Counted from the first letter of the stretch, positions 34,396-47,959 are shown. The stretch is 64,000 nt of DNA from Gonapodya sp. JEL0774 (GCA_027604505.1 JADIIX010000003.1:1-64000); one strand, 5' to 3'. The notes: generated by a model not told the origin, from the letters alone. Program-made: numbers and translations.

Positions 34396-36783
34396 ATGGT
34401 CAACACTCCCAAACCCTCCTTCGCAAGTGCGAAAGCACTCACTCTCGCTGCTCTCATCCTCTTCCCCGCTCTATCTATTGTCTTCCGTCAGTCTCCTGAT
34501 GTAGATACACTCACCGTTTCTTCTCGGAGGGAGCTCGTCAAACGAGATGCATGCACAATTGTCCGATTCGATACCGTGTATCCTGATCCAGGGAGCCCAG
34601 ACCCACCCCAAACAGTACCAGTGTGTGCGGAGGACTTGACCCCGACTCCCTCTCATTCCAGGGTTCGGAGGCTGTTTGACATTGTAGAGACGGACGAGGA
34701 CGCAAAACCTACAGTCTTGCACGCTATACAGCATTTGCACGCCAGGGATGGAACGAATTCCACAGGAGAAACAACAAAGTCTTGTACGGTCGTTCGCTAT
34801 GATGGTTACTTCCCGTATCCGGGTTCACCAATGGAGTATCAGCCTGTATGTGCGGAGGATCAACCGCCAACGACAAGAAAGTTGAAGCGGTTCGAGATGC
34901 GTCCGATTGAGAATCCATCGGATCAATATTGGACACCTCCTGCCCACCGCCTTAAATCTCGGAGCATTGCTGAGCCGTTTGCAATCAACTTGACGTGCAA
35001 CCCCAACGGAACGCTCACAAAGGCCATTTGTGCGAAAGCCCTTGCTGGATTTAAAAATGCCGGGAACCGAATTGCCCAGGCACTACAAATCACGACGCAG
35101 ATCAAGGTTCAGGCGGAGTTTGTTTCGTTTTGCAATGACGGCTCAGCTTCAACTACCTGTGGGACGGTTGACGGTGTCACTACTTTGGGACAAGCTGGCC
35201 CTGCGGCCAACATCCCTGTCGCCATTGGAGACACGCAACTTAATGTGCCCCAGGTTTGTTTCCTTCTCATTTGAAGGAATCCGATGCAAGATGTGCGCCT
35301 GTTGACTGCACAGCCTCACGTTTCCACAGGCATTGTTCAAGAACGCTAACCTCCAGGAATCGATGGGGACCACCGTCTCACTGAATGCGTACGACATCAT
35401 TGCGCAATTCAATGCCGACTACAACTTCTACTTCAATGACAACACCACAGCTATTCAGGCTACTCAAGTGGATTTCGAGTTCATTGTGATGCATGAGTTC
35501 ATTCACGGATGCGGATTCGCAAGCGGCTGGAGTACATGGTTCACTAGTGAGTTAAATTGTTACGACAAATCCCGGATGAACTTGCTGTCGACTTGTTCTC
35601 ATTATTCCGCAATCCTCCAGGTATCGTGGGCGTGCAGGGTTTTCTCACACCCAACTACTATACTTACAGAACAAGCACTTCAACCACCTGGGGAGGCTGG
35701 AACCCGGCGAACGTGTTTGACAAGTACATAGTAGAAAACGCGACGCAGCGCTACCTTATGGCAGGGTACAATTCGATCACCAATTTTACCGGGTCACGGT
35801 CACAGACGGTTTCCCAATTTGTTTCATCCTTCCAGAGTAGCGGAGCACCATTCCAGGAAGCGATAAGAATTTTCAGCGTGATCACCAGTGGACAGTTTGC
35901 CCTCTACTTCCAAGCGAATCCGGCGGTTTCGAACGATTCGGTTTGGCTGCAGACCTATTCTGGTTCGTTCGAGCAAGGATCGTCCATTGGTCATACAAAT
36001 GACATCTATTCCAAGACTTCCGACTTTCTCATGGGAGCCGCCATCACTGGGGGTAACCTCTACGGGCAGACCCTCGACCAAATCATCGCCAATCAGGGCG
36101 GATATCAATATGGTGCGATGGGACCGCGTCTCATTTCCATCATGGCGAGCATTGGGTGGCCGGTAGTCTCTGGTGCGCTCCCAAACTCTTCAGTCAGTGG
36201 TACCACTCTCAACACTGGCACAACAAGTTCGAACAATGCCAGCACAAACGCAGCCGGATCATCAAATAATCTGTTTCTGGGCCCATTCACCCTAACACAG
36301 TTCATTGGAGTGGTAGCCGCGGCTTTCATTGTTTCGTTAATGGGTCTCGGCTTATATGGGTATCTTAGGAAGAAGTGGAAGAGATCTCGTCGAACTCCGG
36401 CGTCGACTGGCCCTGCGATGGTTCAAACGCGCAGTAGCAACCACCGATCCGGCATCCCTCCATCGCCAAACCGCCGAGGCGTCCCTCCTCCCCCATACCC
36501 CGCCCACCCTCCCACCGCAATCACTGGTCAAAGGACACCGGCGCCCAGAAGTGCGGCTGCGCAGGATGCTCCAATTACACGCCTTACCCGACCGTCGTTC
36601 GGATCGACAGGACCCGTCCCTCATGCCATGCCTTCACATCATGGAATCTTGGCTCCTTTAAGTCCGCAAGAGGAGGAAGAGCAGCTGCAGGTTCGTCGAT
36701 GTTTACAGAGTTTCTTGACCTTGTATTGACGCATTTGGATGTCTTAGGTGGCACTGGCACTTTCTGTGTCCAATGACCGCTAG
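34396..36783 (+). CDS. Type I membrane / secreted zinc metalloprotease-like protein (HExxH) with repeated propeptide units and a cytoplasmic PPxY plus UIM tail
   Basis: Signal-like ALTLAALILFPALSIVF, LGQAGPA, YDIIAQFNA and DFEFIVMHEFIHGCGF, then FEQGSSIGH...DFLM. TM helix FIGVVAAAFIVSLMGLGLYGYL followed by RKK. Tail PPPPY and EEEEQLQ|VALALSVS (last intron 36691-36747). Confidence 0.8.
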
Positions 36784-36840
36784 GCGGAATAACACATTCC
36801 CTATTGTTGTAATGTACACATACATTTGAATAGTCGTTTA

Positions 36841-38519
36841 TCATTGGATTTTGATTGCTTCGGCCCTTGCGATAATTTTCTAGATTCGGTATCCCGGGGC
36901 TTTGTGTAAATATCAAATCGCAATGGTGTACCCTCTGAGGTCTCACCTCCGCTGCCTTTCGCACTGGCTCGTCTATCATTTTTCCATCCAAAGCGAACGC
37001 GCCCTGAAAAAGACAGACGTCTGCCACATAAATGATATCCATAAATATTTATTCCAACCTACCAGGCCCTTCTTTTGAAACTCTTTATAACCTTGCTCCA
37101 AAACATTAAATGATAGTGCCACTGGATTGTGCAATAGCGCCTTACCTTCGACAATTCTGAGTGCTTGCTCCACGTCTTTTGCACTGGGTGCAAATGCTTT
37201 GTTGATAATATCAACTTGGCGGGGATGGATTGCCGCCTTGCCAGTGTATCCCCAGTGGCGTCCCTCAAGTGCTTCAGCTTCAAGGTAAGCATCATTTTTG
37301 ACATCCACACAGACCTTTGCGCGATAGAATTTGGGGTTTGGGCTGAAAATCAGCAGTGCCCGAAGATCTCCTACCATGTCAATAGCTTGTAAGCGGTACG
37401 CAGACGCATGCATGACCATCCACTGCCTGGGTACTAAAAATTCTCTTCGATCTGGCTGATTGATCAAATTCGCATCAGCTGTATAGTCAACCGAGGCAAC
37501 TGGCAGAAGTTCAGTCCGTTTTATGAGTGGACTCGCTGATTTTCAGTTTGTCGAGAGACTTGTGCAAGAATACCGACATGCGAGCCCATCCACACGTCCA
37601 CTGCTTTCACAAATCTCGGTTAGCTTCAACATCGCCATGGCACTCTCGATGAGGCAGATTATTCTGAGATCCCTGCCTTCAGACTCCCGCTGTTTCTGCT
37701 CCGCAGATCCCACATAGAGATCGATGAGATGGTCAATGGTTTGAACGTCTCGTGCAGTGGTTGTTTTGGGGAGGTGGATAGTTGTGACATTGGGGGATTG
37801 CAGCTAAAACTTCGAGATTCGTTATTGTGATCACGTTTCTCCTGGCAGGTCACTCACAATCACTTTCAAATCGTCGGCCTCCCAGCCAGATCCAACGGAG
37901 TTAATTCGAACAGTTTTTTCAATGGAGCCCAGATCTATATTCTGGAAAATAAATCATGCGGAAGCAAGTCGTTCTCAGGTTAAACCTGTTGGCAATAGTT
38001 GGAAGACAAGACTTCTGGTCGACCTACGTTTAGTGCATCCAACACCAATTTCCTGGCCGACTGTTTCTTTTCAGGAGGAACAGAGTCCTCGAGATCGAAT
38101 ACGATTGCATCCGGTTTCACGGAAAGCTTGGAGAGGGCAGCGAGGCGGCTGTTTCAATTTTAGAATACGAGCGGTTTTGCGGAGCTAACGAGCTGATGAA
38201 ATAAATAGAGGACATTACCGCTCTTCTCCGGGAACTGAAAGCAGCAAATCATCAGCAAATTTATCATGGAAGATGTGAAGAACTCTTCAAACACACCATA
38301 CAATAACGATCGCCTCAATCTTTCACTTCTTTCAATCCTATTAGCACCAGTAGATAGGAATCGCGTAACGGGGAGCCTCATCTCAGGCGACAAGAACTGT
38401 CCGAAACGATTCCCGGTTGCTGTCGTATACCACGATAGTGACCTCCTGCTCGAAGTCGGGAAATCGAGTGTAATGGAGCGAGCTCGCGCATAAACTCGTG
38501 TTCTTAGAGCGATCGACAT
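36841..38519 (-). CDS. Citrate lyase beta-subunit-like protein (CLYBL / HpcH-HpaI family), probably mitochondrial
   Basis: Arg/Ser-rich presequence, RRSLLY|VPG, VRINSVGSG, CLIESAMA, AYRLQAIDM, GYTGKAAIHPRQV and GAFALDGKMIDEPV. Confidence 0.9.
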
Positions 38520-38670
38520 AGAGTTTCCAGAATCAAGGAAGTTGTGGCAATAGCATTGATTGGTGGGCAGGAATCGCCAATCCCACACCTTTCGGTCGAG
38601 TAATGTATAGTTTGTACTTGGACGAGTCACAACAATACGATAGGTATGTAAGCAAATAGTCACCCGCCAC

Positions 38671-40054
38671 TCAGTCGTCCTCCATTTCGTCTCGAACGTC
38701 TCCCTCTACGTTTCCCTCGCGCACCGCCTTTACTATCATCACCAAGATCTGAGCAACATGAGAGTTTAGGTTGAGTGGCAGTGAAAGAGGGAAATTCTCC
38801 GAGTTCACCCACCAGCCACGCCCAAAATATGTGCAGCGCCAAAAGTGCCAGCAAGGCAGCACACACGATGTAGAACAACCATTCCGCTGGGCTGCCATCA
38901 GGGAATGTTCGCGGCCCATAGAGCCAAACGGTGGTAAGTACGTATCGCGGATAGAGCCATACACGAGTGTAGATGAACGTGACAGCAAAGTTCAGAAACA
39001 AACCGTCTGCGACCTTAGCGATCATGACCACCTCAGTGAAACGCGCTGTTAAACAAACTCAAACTCAACTCACAGTTTGATAGCCATTATAGAGCGCAAT
39101 CTTTGCTACTTCCATTGCGGGGTCTGAGACATCGTGAATGAACATGATGACCGCTCCGACTCGGTGGAAACCAAAATAAAACGAGAAAGTGCAGAGAAAG
39201 AACGTAGTGCTGTGGTGGACCATCATTTGGGCAAAGTCTTTCTGCCTGGCGGTCTTGGAAAAGATGATGTCTGGTAGTTCCGGGGTTCAAGAATGCTGTT
39301 GGCGAACAGTCGCTCGGTTCCACGAAGCCTTTCGCAGTTTACCTAGCCACGAATAGATAGTATAAGCTGTGTACATCTGGTACATCAGCTTCATCATGTA
39401 ATCACACTCCATGTTGGGCCACTCAGTAAACCAACGGGGTGTGTCAAAAACCCAGGATTGGTCCCGCATCGCCAAAAGAGTTACCGACCTGAAATTCCAT
39501 CCAGCCAGACTGTTGATACGCGCGTTCATCGATTTAAAAGAACAAGCACTACGCACGTCAACCAGGTGTGACACAAGCAGTTCCAAATTGACTGCACAAG
39601 CTTTCCCTCCTCGTACTGTCGCACTTTAACAGGGTCGATGCCGGACTTGCCCGCCGCAGCCTTCTCGCCATTTGCTATGTGTGCCTTCCCATTCTCTTCT
39701 TTGCCAATTGCCTTTCCGTCCGGAACTTTCCGATGAACTAAACCATTCCGATCTTTCACGCTCTCGCTTGAGGCATCTTTTTTGGCAGAAGATGATGACA
39801 AGAGATCTTGTTTCTTTTGTTTGCGAATATCCCTCCAATCAAGTAAAGTCTTTGCAATAGGCTGCGATCGTTTCCAAAACCAGTTCCAAGTCGCGGTGAG
39901 CGATTGCCATCCAGGCTTGAACAGAACTCAACTTGCACACCTGAAGAAGAAGTTTTCCTAAGCCCCAATGTGTTACTCCGAAAAGGACGGCGTAGAGAGC
40001 GGCTGGATAACAATCATCAGGAACAACCAACGACGGAGAGTATGGACTCTTCAT
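38671..40054 (-). CDS. LAG1: Ceramide synthase (Lag1/Lac1, TLC domain); multi-exon, 5' end uncertain
   Basis: Lag1 motif RQKDFAQMMVHHSTT...RVGAVIMFIHDVSDPAMEVAK. Also FIYTRVWLYP, LLALHIFW and C-terminal GDVRDEMEDD. Confidence 0.9.
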
Positions 40055-40307
40055 GTAAGATGATTGTCAAAAAGTAGTAAACCGAGGCAGAAGAAGAAAG
40101 CTGCGAGAATTGGAAGCAGTTTTCCGTGAATTATCGTTCGGTAGAATCCTACCTGCAAACCTGTCAGCACAGTCTGAAAATGAACGAGATATGAAAATTG
40201 AACTACAGCTGTCTTTATACAAACATAACTTCGTTGGCACAATGAAAAGTGCAGTATGGCTACATAAGTTATTTGGAGGTTCCTTGAGGATTACCACCAT
40301 TTCTAGT

Positions 40308-42072
40308 TCAGGGGGTACTTGGTTTGGGATCGACAAACCCCAGTCGTCGGAAAGTGTCCAGACGTTTACTTGCCCATCTATCAGCAGGTTGCTGACCGAC
40401 AAGAACATTAGGAATGTGCAGAGGGTTCCCTGGTGTTGAGCAAGTCGCAACAAGTTCTTTAGCGTAATCTTCCACAGCCCTGTCCGCCTCCTCGTATTCT
40501 TTCTGTATTCGGCTTTCCAGTTCTTCTTCAGCTCGTTTGACTTGCGCAGCTATTGTCCTTTGTTCGAACTACATGGGGATAATGCAGGTAGAGTTTGGAG
40601 TTCAGCTCGCCGGCACCAAGGACTCTCAACGTCTTGAGAGGGAACTCTTACAATTTGATTTTCTCTGATCGCACCAACAGCTCGTGCCTTTCTTCCTGCA
40701 CTTGCTTTCTTCCTTCTTTCTCCTTCCATGAATGTTGTCGCTCTGAGCTCAAGCATACGTCGTTCTGCCCTGCTCTCAGCTGCCTTGACTTCTTTAGCAG
40801 TGCATAAAGATTTTGTGCGCTGAGCCTGATAGGCACTAATTTCCGCGAGCGAGGCATCATTTCGTTCATGGATTTGCTTCGCACGGACCACTTGATCTAA
40901 AGCTCCAGACGGACTGGAGGATTCGTATGTTTCCAGCTTTTGCAGAAAGTGATCACGAATTTGCTTTTGGGCGAGACTTAGTTCTTGCTGCTTAGCTGCA
41001 GTTGCATCGATGGTGGCCTGTCGACGGCTGTTGAAATTAAAATTTCTTAGAGTCCCAGATAGAACAGTACTAGCGAAACGGCACTCACCGATCAGCCGAC
41101 GCTTTCACGTGGCTTCTCAAATTATTGATGCGCTCTTGTTGTTTACGAACCTCAAGGTTCTTGGCAGAACGTTGCCGAGAGAAGGCAGCTTCTGCAGAAA
41201 CAAGCTCTCTCTTCTGTCGCATGCACTCAAGTAGAGCGGTTCGGTACTCTTCAATCTGATGAGCTTTGGCTGATGCGAGCTTGCGTTTCTGTGCCACAAT
41301 CCCTTCCTCGATTCGTTTGAGTTGCTCACGATAATTCTTAGAACTCGCAGCACGTTTTTTGGCTTCGGATTCGCGACTGGCAGCAGCAAGTTCACGCTGG
41401 TACAAAGCGTCCTGCATTTGATGAGTTCTCTCTGATTCTAATCTCTTTGCATTTCGTTCATCCTCTTTGAAAAGCCTGTGAGCTTCCAGAGCATCGTGAG
41501 CCGCTTGGGCCTCTCTGTCCCGCTTCTGCACTTCATCTTTGTGCTGTAGCTGCAGCTTACGCTCTTCTAGCACCGTAGAAACGAAGGCGAGCGAGTCCAG
41601 TTTTCGATGACGTGCCGACCCGCGTTCAATCTGACGACGAGCCCTCGCGACGGTCTCACTGCGTTCCTCCTCCTTCATCGCCTTCCACTCCATCGAGAGC
41701 TTCTCTCGTTCAATCTGATATCATACCAATTCTGTTTGCTAACTTTCAGTCAAAAAGTTTGGCAGGAACCAACGTACCTCTATTGCTAGTTTCCGATCCT
41801 CTTGAGCCTGGAGACGCCTCGCCCTCGCCTGGGATAGATTATCGCCCCACTTCTCGACCATCGCAAGTGACTTAGAGTGCTTTTCTTTACGCTGTCGATG
41901 GTTGTCCATGTCATGATCGTCAACCATGGCACCTTCAACGAAGCTCTACATTTGTACATACCTCCCTGGTCAGCGCTTGGGTTGGATTCTCACTCCGACC
42001 CGAAGATTCATGTCTGATACGCTCGAAATCTGCCCCATCAAGTGGCTTTGGTGGACGTCCATTGGAAATCAT
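40308..42072 (-). CDS. CFAP210: Cilia/flagella-associated coiled-coil protein of TPH type, CFAP210/CCDC173-like
   Basis: KSLAMVEKWGDNLSQARARRL, RSETVARARRQI...HRKLDSLAFVSTVLEERKLQ, a long E/R/K/Q coiled coil and C-terminal TFRRLGF. Confidence 0.65.
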
Positions 42073-42175
42073 TGTATTGTGGGACACGGCAGAGGTCCTG
42101 CCAACTATAGTTTCAGGCACTCAACTTCGCATTCTGATATTGCCGTGAAACCTGAACATGCATTTACCCTTTCAA

Positions 42176-45100
42176 TCAATTACTCATGCCTGTGGTTACG
42201 CATCCTACTGCGAGAAGCCCGTTGTCGGCCCTATAAAGTACTCTCCACCCGCTTCCAACCCACTCCGGTTTCACGAGAAACCTAAATCTCACAAAACCAC
42301 GATCCCCGATTTCCGAAAGACGCTCCAAAGCTCCAGTGTTATCAACCTTGAGAACGGTTGGAGCTGGGTCCCCATCTGAGAGTTGCAAAATAGCATCGTC
42401 TACAGGAGGCGGGAGTGGCTGCAGATCCGCATCGCACTGCAGAAGTGGAGATGGACTTCTAGACCTGTCATCCAATCCTACAGGAGGAAACTCCATATCT
42501 CCAATGTCTACGCCAACGCCAGGCGTCGTGGGCTCCAGCACATTGATTCGTACCACAGAACTTTTGATTACATCTTTGACGTCCGAAATCTCCACCGTCT
42601 GGCGAATGCTACCAATGTGCAGGATTCCTTTTCGAGCGATGCGTTGAGATTCGTCACTCTTTCGGATGCTATCCTGTGCTGGTCGAAGAACCTCAACCTG
42701 TGTTTCCACTTCCCACGCCCCGGCCGGAGTAGGAACGGTTGCAGCACTCTCCCCAATTCGTATTTGAATCCGAGATCGAACATTTGTTGAAACAATGGCA
42801 TGACCCCGTCGTAACCTGATTGTCCGTACCTTCCTTTCTGGTACAAAGGGGGAGGTCTCAAAATCGCCGCTATCCTCGAATCCCACGTCTTCACTGTCTT
42901 CAGCATCACTCTCGGATAAACCAAAAAGTCCTGCGACGCTGATATCTATTTTATCTCTTTGTCGCCCTGCGGATGGTGATATTCTTCCGCGATGCGGCGT
43001 TCCAGGTGAGCCCGACGAACCGAGGTTTCGGTACATTCCAGAAGATGGAGACCTCGTCCCTTTAGGACTCTTTGACAAAAATGAAGGGGATTTAAAGGAT
43101 GTCGGAGTTGAGTTGGGGGAGCGAGAATTTTTAGGCACCCGCGTCGTTTCTGCACCATCAAAATTATCCTTTTGACTCCCTTTCCGGCTGTTTGAAGCAT
43201 AGAAAACCACGTTATCCTCTAAACATTCAATGGCCAGACTGCATGCGTCACCCGCTCTGGCAACTTGGACAGGAACGCGCTGGCGGTGCATCGACTTCAC
43301 ACGACAAGGCAGGAAGTCTCCTGCACGATTAATTGGACCGAGGAAGAGAGTTCGGGTTTCTGTGATTGGTGCAAGAGTTCCCGACAGCAGTATACCAGCA
43401 ACAACCGGTCCAACATCTGGGAATACGATGCAGTTCATGTATGCGGGCTGGAGTCATTGGATATGGACTTACCTGGTACCGTGAAGACTTCCTCAATCTG
43501 GAATTCCACATTACTGTCCACTTTCTCTTGCCACCGAAATCTATTGACTTTGGGGAGAACTCGCAGGAACTCTACAAGCTCGTCGAGGCCGTCCTCCGTC
43601 ACAGAGCTCACCAAAAAGACTGGCACAACATTGCGAGCAACAAATCCCGCTACCAAAGAATCCATCTGACGTGGACTAAGCGAGGAAGGCGACTTAAGCA
43701 ACGCCAATTTGATGCGTTCTGGTGTGGTGTGAAGGGGCTCATCGACATCACTTGCACGGTGCCTTTTCTGAGCCTTCAAATCATCGAATTGCGGGAGGTC
43801 CGCCTCCCAATCGAAAATGCCACCAACCATCTCAGCAATATCTTCAAGAGTCTTCCTTACATTGATCCCCGAAGCCAAATCCACCTTGCTTACCACAATC
43901 GCGGCACGAACGCCAAGTCCATTGCACATGGTCCAGGTTTCTTTTGCAACGTCGCCCACATAACCTTTATCGCTTGGTACAACCAGGAGTGCAGCATCCG
44001 GACCATAGCTCATCAGACCCGTAACTGATGTCCTTCGATACTTTGGATGTCCGGCGGTGTCTACGAAATGAACAATTCGAGAAGAATTTCCTACAATTTC
44101 TTCCCAAGTACCGTGGGTGCGGTAATTCAGAATAGAATGAGACGGTGAAATTGCGTCACCCGGAATCATTGAACTTGTCGTGACATGAGAGAAAAATGAG
44201 AGCTCGTCGTCATCATTGGCCGGGTTCATCTTGCGACGACCGTCGAGAGATCCAGGTGTGCCCGGTCGATCTGTGCCAGGGGAATATGCGACTGGGAACC
44301 CGATGAGCTGGTGAGCAAGATGAGATGTGCGCCCCGTCAAGACTTCGTGCTTGTGGCGGAGGAGATTCAGACGCGCTCGGCCTTTAGAGTTGTCAGGCAC
44401 ACCATGCGTGAGTACTCCAAGAAGTGTTGACTTTCCGGCATGCTCAGGACCCAAGACGATGACTCGCACTTCGACGAAACTTTCCACGGCAGCTGGCCGA
44501 ATGCCACCAGAACTAGAGTCTGCAGGCTTCGTGGTCTCCATTGGTGCATCATGCTTCCTTTCTAGCCCTCCAAATAGATCAATTCCGAGGTTCTGCACCT
44601 TTCGAACGACTACCTCTGCCACCACTCTGCGATCTTCTGAGGTTGCCCCGAACTCTTTTGAGTTCTTTTTATAACTGGAAGGTTGCACAGAGTCCACATC
44701 AGGCCCAAACATGGAAGCAAGTTCCATATCTGCAGAGGCGATGTCCGTGATATGTGGCGAACTCTTTGTCGAGCCTCTTGTAGTACTTCCCGGAGAGTCA
44801 GTTCGAGCGGCTGTTTCCTCAACGGCAGCACCAAGAATCACGAAAGCGTTACGTGCGCGAGTGGATTTGATCGAAGTTTTGAGCGATGGTGAGTTACGCT
44901 CTGGGTACGAAAATTGAATCGAATGCACTACATTGGGAACCAAAGTAGTATTTCCTGGAGAAGCGTTCGGTGCGGGGTTTTTCTCGTCCTCCAGTTGGGA
45001 CGATTTGGAACCACCAACGTGACCCTCCATTGCCTCGAGGTCAAACATGGCGCTCACGAATCCGTCCTCCCTCTCACGAAGCCTGGTTTCCCGTGCGTCC

Positions 45101-45763
45101 ATATCCTGTTCGAAGTTCTCGCGCTTCTTCTTCTTCTTCTCGCTCCGAGTCAAACCGTCCTCAGTCGTTCGGCTGAGGCCATAATCCCCACCAGGCCGGG
45201 GTAAGACTGTGGAGCGGTGCTGCGAAAGCTTACTTAGATCCGCGTCCTTGACGTAGCGCTTTGTGACCTGGACAACTTCAGCACCAGACTTGGCACAGAT
45301 CTGCCTTAATGTGTCAAGGGTGGCTTGTAGGTCCGCCGGCGCGAGCCCCGCCGGTGTGCCATCGTCGGAAACACCCAGTTCATAAATGGCTACGCCGCGT
45401 CCCTCGTGAATTCTGGAAATAGTTGTGATTGAGTCATAATCGGGTGATCGGAAGGCACGGTTGGCGTGGATGAAACGGTTTCTGGGATGCAGCAGTCAAA
45501 ATTTAGAGTGAAATTACCTCCATTTCATCTGAGTTGTGAGATGCTCCAGTCTCTCCGCGTTCACATCCGTTAATCGCAGCTTTTGGTTTGGGTTCAATGT
45601 TTGCATTGCAACCCACAAGTGTCAGTCGCGGCCGCCTACACAGAGAAGGAACAGAAGAATCAAAACTTGCCTTGTACTCAACGTTTCCTTCCTCCACCTC
45701 GGGAGGTAGCTTCGACAAGGCCGCCAGGGACGACACTAGCAACGAGTCATTGAATTCCCCCAT
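42176..45763 (-). CDS. GTPBP1/GTPBP2-like translational GTPase with long low-complexity inserts
   Basis: LPPEVEEGNVEYK, GVAIYELGVSDDG, GPEHAGKSTLLGVL (P-loop), LLRHKHEVLTGRTS, FVDTAGHPKY, SKVD, VSSVT and the domain II/III beta-barrel motifs. Confidence 0.9.
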
Positions 45764-45994
45764 TTGTGGTGATTCGGGACAGAATTAGTGGATTTGTTGG
45801 GGTTGATTACTCTAATCGGAAATCGGTGACCATTTGGGGGGGTTGTTGTCGCCGAGCAACGATATGGTTGTGGTGGAGTGTTGAGCGGTGTGTGGTCTTT
45901 CTTATTCGTAATACTCGCCACACTTGTGTACTCGCCGAACAAGGGCGGAGTTCACGAAAGGGAAGGAGATCATAGATGTATAAAATACACCGAA

Positions 45995-47592
45995 CTAAAT
46001 TCTCTCGGCCCAACGTCCCGCCACAACCCACTCCACCGCATCCACCACACTCCCAAAACACCTGACACAATCCACCTTCACCCCTTCTTCTTTCACATTC
46101 TCGTCCCCGGCCCGGTACTTCCCCGTTCGCACCAACAAACCAGTGATACCCAACTTGCCGGCGCCTAGGATGTCATCGCGGACATCATCGCCGATCATGA
46201 TAGCGGGAATTCGCGGAGCGAGGTCGGGAGGATTTTGTGGAGATAACAACGGTGATGATGGTGTGGATGTGAATGGGGTTAGTTCGGCCACGGGGGCTGG
46301 TGTGGGTGGTATGGCAACCCCACATGACGCGAGGGCCATTTCGAAAAACGACCGACTCGGTTTTCCCACAGTGACTGCTTGACGACCTGTGGCAGATTCA
46401 AGGAGGGTTACAAAGGGGCCTGGACCGAGGTGGAGGCCACCAGGGCGCGCAAAGTACTGTTGTGGAATGGTGGTGGCGAAACAGACTCAGAAGGATAGGT
46501 GGGTGACATGAAATCGTACATCCCTCAATTCACACGACATAAGAAGTACGATTGTAGTCGTATCAGATCTCCGCGCTCAATTCTGCCATGAAACTCACTC
46601 TGCCCCGATGTATGGCAACAAACGCCCCTCCTTCCAGAAGCACATTCATCGCCGTGGTGAGGTGTGCATAGTCGAACATGGATGGAGCGAGGCCAACGAC
46701 CACAGCGGTGTATGGCAGGCTGGCGGTGGAAGAGATCAGGGCTGGCGCCACGCTTGATGTGGACTCGCTAATGGAGAGAGAGGCCGGTACAGTCCCGTCA
46801 TTCCGAGCGGCGTTGCCTTTCCCGCCCCCACACTCATCGCCCCCTTGTACACCCCTTTCTCCGCAATCTTCAAGCTCGAACTCCTCTCTCGCTTCCTGCT
46901 CCAAGAAAATCAGAGGCCTACCCCCACCCTTCTTTCTCACTACCTCTTTCGCTGCCACGAGAGACGTGAACACCTCGTGGCGATATATGGTGAAACCGAG
47001 ATCGGTCAGCAGGCGAATGAGGTAGGACGTGGAGTGTTTGGTGGTATTGGAGACGAAGCGGATCTGGGGAGTGTGGTAAAGAGTCGGACGAAAGGGGTGT
47101 GTGGAGAAGGAAGAAAATCCGGTCAGTGATTGAATAATGTAATGATGCATTGTGAGTTGGTAGAACCAATGTTTTGCAACACCTTTGCCGTCCGTGCACT
47201 GTGACAGCATGCGAAACGTACCTGATACCCGTTATCCCTCAGCTTTTGTACAGCTTCGATTGCACCTGGGAGGGCGGAGTCGTCAATGTGGAGCGTGCTT
47301 GCGATGTGGTTAGATTTGTGTGTGTGTGTCCCAATTAAGTTGTAATTTGATTCAAGATTGGAGCAGTGGCAGAAACAGTTCTGTTGAGTTGCGACAGAAC
47401 AGTAATGACAACGCAACATGGAGAGGTTGAAACGTACCCTGACAAGTCCAGGAGCACCACAGGTTTTTTGCTGGCGTTTGGAGGAGTGGTATGGTGGGGC
47501 TGGTCAAAGGGAGTACTTTTCGACGATTTCGATGTGGAGTGGTCTTCAATAATGTCAACATGGACATTGGGAGGTGAGTTGGTGTGGTCCAT
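45995..47592 (-). CDS. HAD subfamily IIA hydrolase (HDHD2/LHPP-like)
   Basis: VLLDLSG|TLHIDD, FVSNTTKHS, VVVGLAP, LGPGPFV, VGKPSRSFF and MIGDDVRDDILGA...LVRTGKYR. The start is uncertain. Confidence 0.9.
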
Positions 47593-47959
47593 ATGCAAGT
47601 TGACGTGGATAACGGTAGATGGGCTCGAGCTGCTGCCCGTGATGATATTCGGCACGCGGTAAAGGGGAGGGATGTTTCACTGGTCAGCGGGAATGGACTG
47701 CTGAGATGCATCATGACCAATTACTGTAAAAACTAGAGTAATGGGACGTATTCTTCCGGTTGCTCTGCATATACAGCGGCGCAAAAACTCACTTTCTACT
47801 TGAAATGATTGAAAATTGAACATATCCTGGTCATGCCACGGCAAATCCCTGAATGACCGCCCGCACTGTGGAATGGAGTGATCGTTCTTGAAATTGAGAG
47901 GACGCCCCGACGACATCCAGGGCAGATAGAACACCGGATCAGGGTCGAGATCGTTTGCC

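Noticed and set aside
20981..40054. Lipid or secondary-metabolite gene cluster (OLE1, LAG1, CLYBL, GNAT)
   Set aside because: The genes are interspersed with unrelated housekeeping loci, and there is no PKS, NRPS or terpene backbone enzyme.
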